From the human T2T-CHM13v2.0 reference genome, Homo sapiens: a stretch of DNA of 64,000 bases. The DNA is taken from NCBI RefSeq assembly GCF_009914755.1, contig NC_060939.1. One strand, 5' to 3'. Positions within the stretch are counted from its first letter, which is position 1. The number at the start of each line of letters is the position of its first letter. A program made the position numbers and the translations under genes. The notes under the pieces were generated by a model. That model was not told where the DNA came from. It did not search any database and saw nothing but the letters and a program-made list of their open reading frames with translations. Shown in pieces: positions 57,570-64,000 of the stretch.

Positions 57570-58548
57570 CCCAGGCTCACACTGGAATCAACTGGGAGCT
57601 CCAACAGCTACTCAAGCCTGGGTCTCCTCTCTGGAGTTTGTGATTTAATTGGTTTTGTATACAAACTGGATATCAGGGATTTTGTCTGTGTGTTTGTATT
57701 TTAAAAATGTCAAACTTACAGAAAGGTTGCAAGCACAACATAAATCTTTTTTTTTTTTTTATTAACTGAGCCATTTGAGAGTAATTTGTTGTCTTGATGT
57801 CCCATCTTTCTTTGTAGTGTATTTTCTTACAAATAAGAACATTCTCCTACATAACTAAAATATAAACATCAAAATCAGTAAATTCGCATCAGTACATTAC
57901 AACCACTCAAGTTTTGGCAAATGTACCCATCATGTTTTTGATAGCAAAATGATCTAGTTCAGGATCACAAGCTGCCTTTAGTTGTCATGTCTCTTCTTCC
58001 TCAATCTGAAACAGTTTATCAGGCCTCCCTTGACATTCATAACCTTAACACTTTTGAAGATTACAAGACTGTTATTTTAAAATACGTCCCTCAATTTGGA
58101 TTTGTCTAATGTTTCCTCGTGATTAGATGCAGCTGTACATCTTTGGCAGGACTATCTCAGTAGCAACTTCTTACTGTACCCTATGAAGTGGCCCATGGTT
58201 TCTGTGTGTCCCATTACTAATGATGTTTACTTGGGTCACTTGATCAAGGTGGAGACTGTCAAGCTTCTCCACTGTAAATGTACTCATTTTCCTTTTGTAA
58301 TTAATAAGTCCTTTTTGCAGAGTTCTTTGAAATTATGTAAATACTTTGTCATCAAACTATCAATTCATTAGGTAATAATCTGTATCACAGGAAATCATGG
58401 TTTCCTATTTTGTATATTAGGTTATAATCTGTTACTATCATTATTTCTTTGAGACCAGTGTGGGCCCTTCAATCTGGCTCTGACTTCTGGGTTTTTAAAA
58501 GCTTTTTGGGTGATTCTAATGTGCAGCCATGCTTAAGAACCACTTCTC
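57570..58548. mobile_element. MER5B-like element split by an L1M insertion
   Basis: Left part CACTGGAATCAACTGGGAGCT...GATTTAATTGG (about 57570-57680); right part TTTAAAAGC...GGTGATTCTAATGTGCAGCC...AGAACCACT (about 58490-58548). Confidence 0.65.
57690..58450 (-). mobile_element. L1MC-type fragment
   Basis: CAAACTTACAGAAAGGTTGCAA...AAGAACATTCTCCTACATAAC...TTTAGTTGTCATGTCTC...CCCTCAATTTGGATTTGTCT. Confidence 0.8.
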
Positions 58549-58784
58549 TAGGTAGACCAAAGCACCTATATTCAAAGGATATTCACAGGATTGCAGGCAA
58601 CATGCAGCAGCCTCAGGGAACTGCAAGGTTTTCAGTGTGGCTGGTGGACAGGATGGAGAAGGAGATGAAGACAGGGAGAGATTCAGTCTTTAGATTCATC
58701 TGAGCCCAGACAGCCTGATCATCATTATCTCCGATGACAGCATCCTATCCCTCTCTACACACCAAGCTATCACTCCATACACGA

Positions 58785-59415
58785 TGGTGGTACTGCCTCA
58801 CAGTTAGGTACATGGTTTTCAGCATAAGGGAGGGGGTTTGAGTTCCTGCTCCAACACTTCTTAGCTCTGCAACCTTGCACTAGTTTCCTGTTATGGGCTG
58901 AATGTTTGTGTTCCCTTCCAAATTTATATTTGGAAGCCCCATTGTGGCTGTATTTAGTCATGGGGCCTTGAAGGAAGTAATTAAGGTTAAATGTGGTCCT
59001 GTGGGTGATGCCTGAATCTGATAGGATTAGTGTTTTCGTAAGAGATACCAGAGAGCTCATGTATGTGCACTCTTGCACGCGCACTCTCTTTCTTTCTCTC
59101 TCTCTCCAAAAAGAAGCGGGGAAAGAAGAGGTCCTGTGAGCACACAGCCAGACGGCAGCCGCCTACCAGCCAAAAGAGGCCTCAGAATGAAACCTACCTT
59201 GCTAGCACCTTGATCTTGCACTTCTCAGCCTCCAGAACTGTAAGAAATAAATGGCTGTTGTTTAAGCCACTCAGTCTATGGTATTTCCCATCTGTAAAAT
59301 GGATACTAATGGTCCTATCTCATGGAGGTCTTGTGAGGTTTAAATGAGAAGGAAACAAAGTACTCAGCATGCTCTCTGGTTCTCAGTAAAGGCTTAACGA
59401 GTGTCAGCTATTGCT
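58785..59415 (+). mobile_element. MIR interrupted by an MLT1A-like LTR
   Basis: Left part GGTTTGAGTTCCTGCTCC..CACTTCTTAGCTCTGCAACCTTG; right part CATCTGTAAAATGGA...GTGAGGTTTAAATGAGA. Confidence 0.7.
58889..59286 (+). mobile_element. MLT1A-like solo LTR, 3' end missing
   Basis: TGTTATGGGCTGAATGTTTGTG...TAATTAAGGTTAAATG...CAGCCTCCAGAACTGTAAGAAATAAA...AGTCTATGGTATTT. Confidence 0.88.
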
Positions 59416-61579
59416 TCACTTGTCCTCAAACACACCCTGTACATTCCCACTTCTCTGCCTTTGTTCATCATCAGTTCAATTCCGCAAACATTATTTCAGC
59501 AAGTCCCCACTGCGTGCCAGGCATTGTATGAGGTCCTGGGGATATAGAATGCAACAAGGCCTCGCTTCAAGTCCAAAGCCTAGAGTGAAGATGCTCCCCA
59601 CTGCTGGCCTTGGTGAAGCTGTTTCAGATTCCATTTGGAATAAAGGGACTGATTCACAAGAGGAAATAGGAACTTGGTTTGAAACCTGTTTCACAGCATT
59701 GGGCTGCTGAGAAAATGAGTAAATCATAGGATTAGATCCAACAATTTCTCATAGTATCCCTTGGTTTTATGATATTCATATGGTAATAAAGCCCTCTCCC
59801 CAGCTTACCAGTAATTATCTGAGGCCCTCCAAACTAATACGGTTGTGTATTTTTTCCTTGACGATCACAGAGATTTTTTTTCCCTTTGTGTTGGTCTCAG
59901 GTATAAGAAAATCACACTCTAAAATGAAAAGAACTGTGAAGCAATTAAGCAAAAATGGAAGGGCCTTCCTATGCTCCAGTGAAATTCAGACAGGAGAGAG
60001 ACAGAAACATTCCTGAGCCACGTGCAATCATCACTTATAGCAGGGGTTCAACTGACTCATGTTGGAAGAAAGCATAGTCATAATTTTATACTTCCTTTGG
60101 GGGCATAAACAGAGAAGTACTTTCTTTGTTTTTGGATGAGAACTAAGTTAGGATGAGGGAGTCAAAATGAGTTTGAGAAGATAAAATATGAAGAGTCCAA
60201 AATGTCACCCAAAGTCCATATTGAAGCATGGAAAGGGACATCATGCCATGTGTTAGAGGAAACTCAGCTTTGGCTTGGACACTTTTACAGAAGCCGCCCT
60301 CCTCTGGACTCCCCTAACACTGCATTTGTATCTCCACTACTGCCTTTCCCGATTTCCTCTTTGCTTTAGAGTGTTTGAGTATGTTCCCTCCTAGACAGTG
60401 AGTTCCTTAAGGGAGAAATTCCTCTCTCATGGGTCCTTGCTGGTGTCTCCCATGGCCTAGCACAAAGCAGGTGCACACTCCCCACTCCCAGGCCCGCGTG
60501 TCCCTAACTGCAGTGGGTGGCTGGGCACACGGAGGATGCGGATGTCCAACATTTGGCCTTGGATCCAGACATATCGTGCTTTTCCCTGCTGCTGGAAATT
60601 CCCACTCTGTATGGTTTTTCTTAATATCTCTGTGATTCTTCTCCTCACTCCATTGCAATCCTTAAATATTTTTCCTCTTCCCCTGTATCATTCTCGACCT
60701 CAGAACTAACCTTTCTGTTTATAGCCACCAAGCTCCCTTTTCTTCCTTTCTTAAAGCATTTCTGCAAACCTCTTAAAAGCTCTTTTACAGACATGAATGG
60801 TGGATGAAAGACCCTGCGGAGGTGTTCACTAAAGAGTCACATTCTCCTTCCTTTTGGCCAGTAAGAATGTTTAGGAGAGATGTGGATGTTCCTTCAGTTC
60901 ACAGGCAGAACTTGCTCACATTGGGCCAGAGAGAGGGTGTGGAGCTCCTGACACTGGCCCTCCCACCATTGGGCTGTCTGGGCCAGGGCAGTGGTTCCCA
61001 AGCTGCATTCCCTGAAACCTGAAGCTTCCTTGGCCCTCCAGGCCTAAGGAGAGAACAGGAATGGGAGAGGAGAGTGGATGGGGTCATGCCTCCCGAATTC
61101 ATGCTTCAAACACAGCCACTCTGCCTTCATCTGTCGTACAGATTAGGCTTCTCTAAGAGATCCGGGCAGAAAATAAAAATGGTGCCACTGCTCAAATATT
61201 TTGTAAGCCACTGGAGTAGTGGGAAAAAACAGCCAGTCAGATCAATTGAATGTTGGCAAATCCTTCCTTTAAGGGTAGATTGGATTTGCATATTGGAAAC
61301 CATCAAGAGCCACTTGGAGTCAAGCCTGGTGAAAAAATAATGTGAGCACAAGGAATAATAATACCACTGGAAGGCAAAACAACAAGGACAACAACAGCAT
61401 AAAGAGCAGGCTGCAGCTATGATATAAAAATACGCATGTGTATGTGTGTAGCTCACGAAGCACTCCCGGGAGAAACTCCCCAACCAAGCATCTGTGATAC
61501 TGTTGGAACAAGCACATAAACTGACCTTACAAGGTGATGACACTGAAGCTTGGAACTCACTGGTATGCATAAATTCTCC

Positions 61580-61625
61580 TGTTCGTTATGAGTATGGCTG
61601 AGTGTTCGTTATGAGTATGGCTGAG
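61580..61625. repeat. Perfect 23-bp tandem duplication
   Basis: TGTTCGTTATGAGTATGGCTGAG twice (61580-61602 and 61603-61625). Confidence 0.95.
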
Positions 61626-61704
61626 TGTGTGTATGCATGTCTCACTGCACGTTTCACTATTTTAAAATAAAGTCCAAAATTTCTCTAGTCTTTGGAGAAA
61701 AAAA

Positions 61705-61960
61705 ATGCCTCGTGGTGTTTAGTCTGGATTTAAATGCTGCTCCAATGCTTACTGGCTGTGTGATCCCAGGAAAATCATTTCAACTTTTCTAAGCTCAGTT
61801 TCATCATCTATCAAATGGAAATAATAATATTACTTACTACATAGGGATTTTGAGAAGTTTAAATGTGGTAAAGCATGTTGATTCGTCAGCATAAGGACTG
61901 ACAAAAGAATACGTTCTCTTAATAGTTGTGGCTCTTAGTATTATAATTGCTATTATCATT
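61705..61960 (+). mobile_element. MIR
   Basis: CTTACTGGCTGTGTGATC...CTCAGTTTCATCATCTATCAAATGGAAATAATAA...CATAGGG. Confidence 0.8.
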
Positions 61961-62299
61961 ATCCTCTGACCTGAGTATACCTGACTCCAGCATACCTGGC
62001 CAGAATGCATTCAAGATCCCCTTCTCTCTTCAGTTAATAGATGAGGTCTTTAATTGACTGAGAAGCATTTGGGAGAAAAAAAAAAAAACAATCAATGAGG
62101 GGCAACTTTGCTAAGTCATCCGATGACTCATGGGAAATCCGGAATTAGAACAAAAAGTAGAGGCAGTTTGGTCAGCAGGGCATGGGGAGGACACGCATTT
62201 AAGCCCCATGTATTTTGGTGTGTGGAGACGTTGAAAAAAGAGGTAGGGAGGGTCCTGGAAAGGAACATGAAAGATGCTGAAACCTGAGGGCATCTTAAA

Positions 62300-62470
62300 A
62301 TCACAGGTTCACTCAGTGTCAGAGTGAGATCTGTGAGAACCCTCATTCTAGTCTACACACAGTGAGGCCCAGAGAGGTGAAGTTTCCTGCCCAAGGTGGC
62401 CCAGCTCCTGGGTGGATGAGCAGTATTTAAGCACTTGCTTATCTCCTGATTCAGGAGCCACTGACTTTTT
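62300..62470 (-). mobile_element. MIR
   Basis: GTGAGGCCCAGAGAGGTGAAGTTTCCTGCCCAAGGTGGCCCAGCT. Confidence 0.65.
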
Positions 62471-64000
62471 CCTGCCACCTACCCAATTTCTCTGCCACCC
62501 AGAGGGCTCTGTCTGAGCTAAAAGGGTTTATGAGGGTCGGGCAGGGTGGCTGAGCAGCCTTCGCCCAGTGCTCTGAAAATGCTCTGGTTTTTCAAGTCTG
62601 CAGCCTCAAAGCGTAGCCTGCAGTAGTTCTCCTGTCTCACCTTCTACTAAAAATGTTCACTCTGAAACTTGTAACAGTGGTGACCTCTGACAAACGGCAC
62701 ATCCCAGCTGTTAACATTATTCGGCTTACAACAGAAGTTGCCCTCACGACCCTTGTAGCCAGGCCCAGGGAGGAGGTGACACTGTCAGGGCCAGGCCTCA
62801 AGAAGAACAAAGAGAAAAGTCACCTTGGCACTCAAGGTCTGGGAACGGCTGGTGGCTCGATCAGGCTCCCTGCAATCACTCCCTTCTGTAACCGTGGGTC
62901 GGAGACATGAATGCTGCCTCTGGACTCGCCAATTAGGCCCAGCCATGGGGCTGCGGAGCCCCACACAAGGAAACCCTATTAGCAATTAGCTGATGGAGGA
63001 TCACTTTATACCAGGGCTTATTTTTAGCACACTGTCACCTTTTCACTGGGGCCAAACCTTTTGTATCCAATCCATACCTGAGTTGCAAGACATTGCATTT
63101 CAAACCTCTGTTAATTGACTTCATTAGTTAATGTGCTGCTCCTTGAATCCCGGGGGTAAATGAGCAGATGAAGAAGACTAATTTAAAGAAAGTCTGCAGA
63201 CAACAGAGGAGGAGGGATGCCCCTGCCCCCACCCTGGCCCCCGTGGAACCCACGTCAAGGAGCATCAGATTCTCCCCAGGCTTAACTCCATTAGTCATCC
63301 CTGAGTCCTCTAATGAACTTAGGTTATTTCCTGTTTTTCCAGGTTTTGATGAAGGGAGCTGTCATAGGAAATATGAAGACTGTGTCTGTATCTGAACCCC
63401 AAAGCAGCTCTCTTCACCAGCACCCCCTTGCCAGCTCATTTCAGTTCAGTTGTTTCACCTCTCAGGCTCCTTGTCTATACATTGGGAAAAATTGCTGCCT
63501 CACCCATTTCTCCCCTTCACACAGCCAGCCAGGTAGTTCTGAGGAGCAAAGCCCTGCTAAGGAGAGTGTGATTAGCTCCCTGGGGTGATAATGGAAGTCA
63601 TTCACTCTGCTTTTTCTTTGTGGCTCCTAAGTTATCAGGACCCTTAAGAGCCAAAATATATGAAAAATTTGTTCTGGAGTTTTAGCCCTCTAAAGGCCTC
63701 ATTCATTCCACGTGCACTGAGTCTGTGCCAGGTTCCTTGTAAGCGGACAGGTATAGAGAAATCCCAAACAAGGCCCCCCAAAGCCACAGATGAGTGGCAG
63801 CATCATACAACTTAAATGCCAGGGCCTGGCCTCATCCTAGAACAGCCTCCACCCCAGCGTGGGGCAAGGGGACCACCGTATCAGGTACCTTTTCCTGAAG
63901 GAGGGGCCCTCACAGCTTACAGAACCTTTGCAAACAAAGATTCAGCCAGTGAAGAAAGGGAGATGGCTTTCCTAGGCGTTGAAAAGAGGATGGGGAAAGG

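Noticed and set aside
63325-63540. Possible plus-strand exon (acceptor TTTCCTGTTTTTCCAG near 63342)
   Set aside because: Only a weak donor (CAG|GTAGTT) and an unrecognisable translation.

Overview
Hominoid genomic DNA, most likely human or another African ape: it carries an SVA, an L1PA2-like LINE-1 and many Alus. The window is intronic or intergenic. I see no recognisable cellular protein-coding exon, RNA gene or CpG-island promoter, and I cannot name the host locus. The only real protein-coding sequence is a 5'-truncated LINE-1 (39046-43532, +). Its ORF2 spans the full 1275 codons with no frameshift but is broken by two Tyr-to-stop mutations. The rest is about 10 Alus, 2 Alu monomers, one SVA, many old MIR/L2/L1M/MER/MLT1 fragments (several nested), and repeat-free islands with enhancer-like motif clusters, including a perfect CTCF core. 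I found no convincing new biological system. The best leads are two frame-preserving candidate microexons (9 nt at 30925-30933; 21 nt at 7827-7847), a 16-bp inverted repeat about 950 bp apart that looks like a templated-insertion scar, and the split but in-frame L1 ORF2. Repeat subfamily calls come from remembered consensus features, not a database search, and boundaries of old repeats are approximate.
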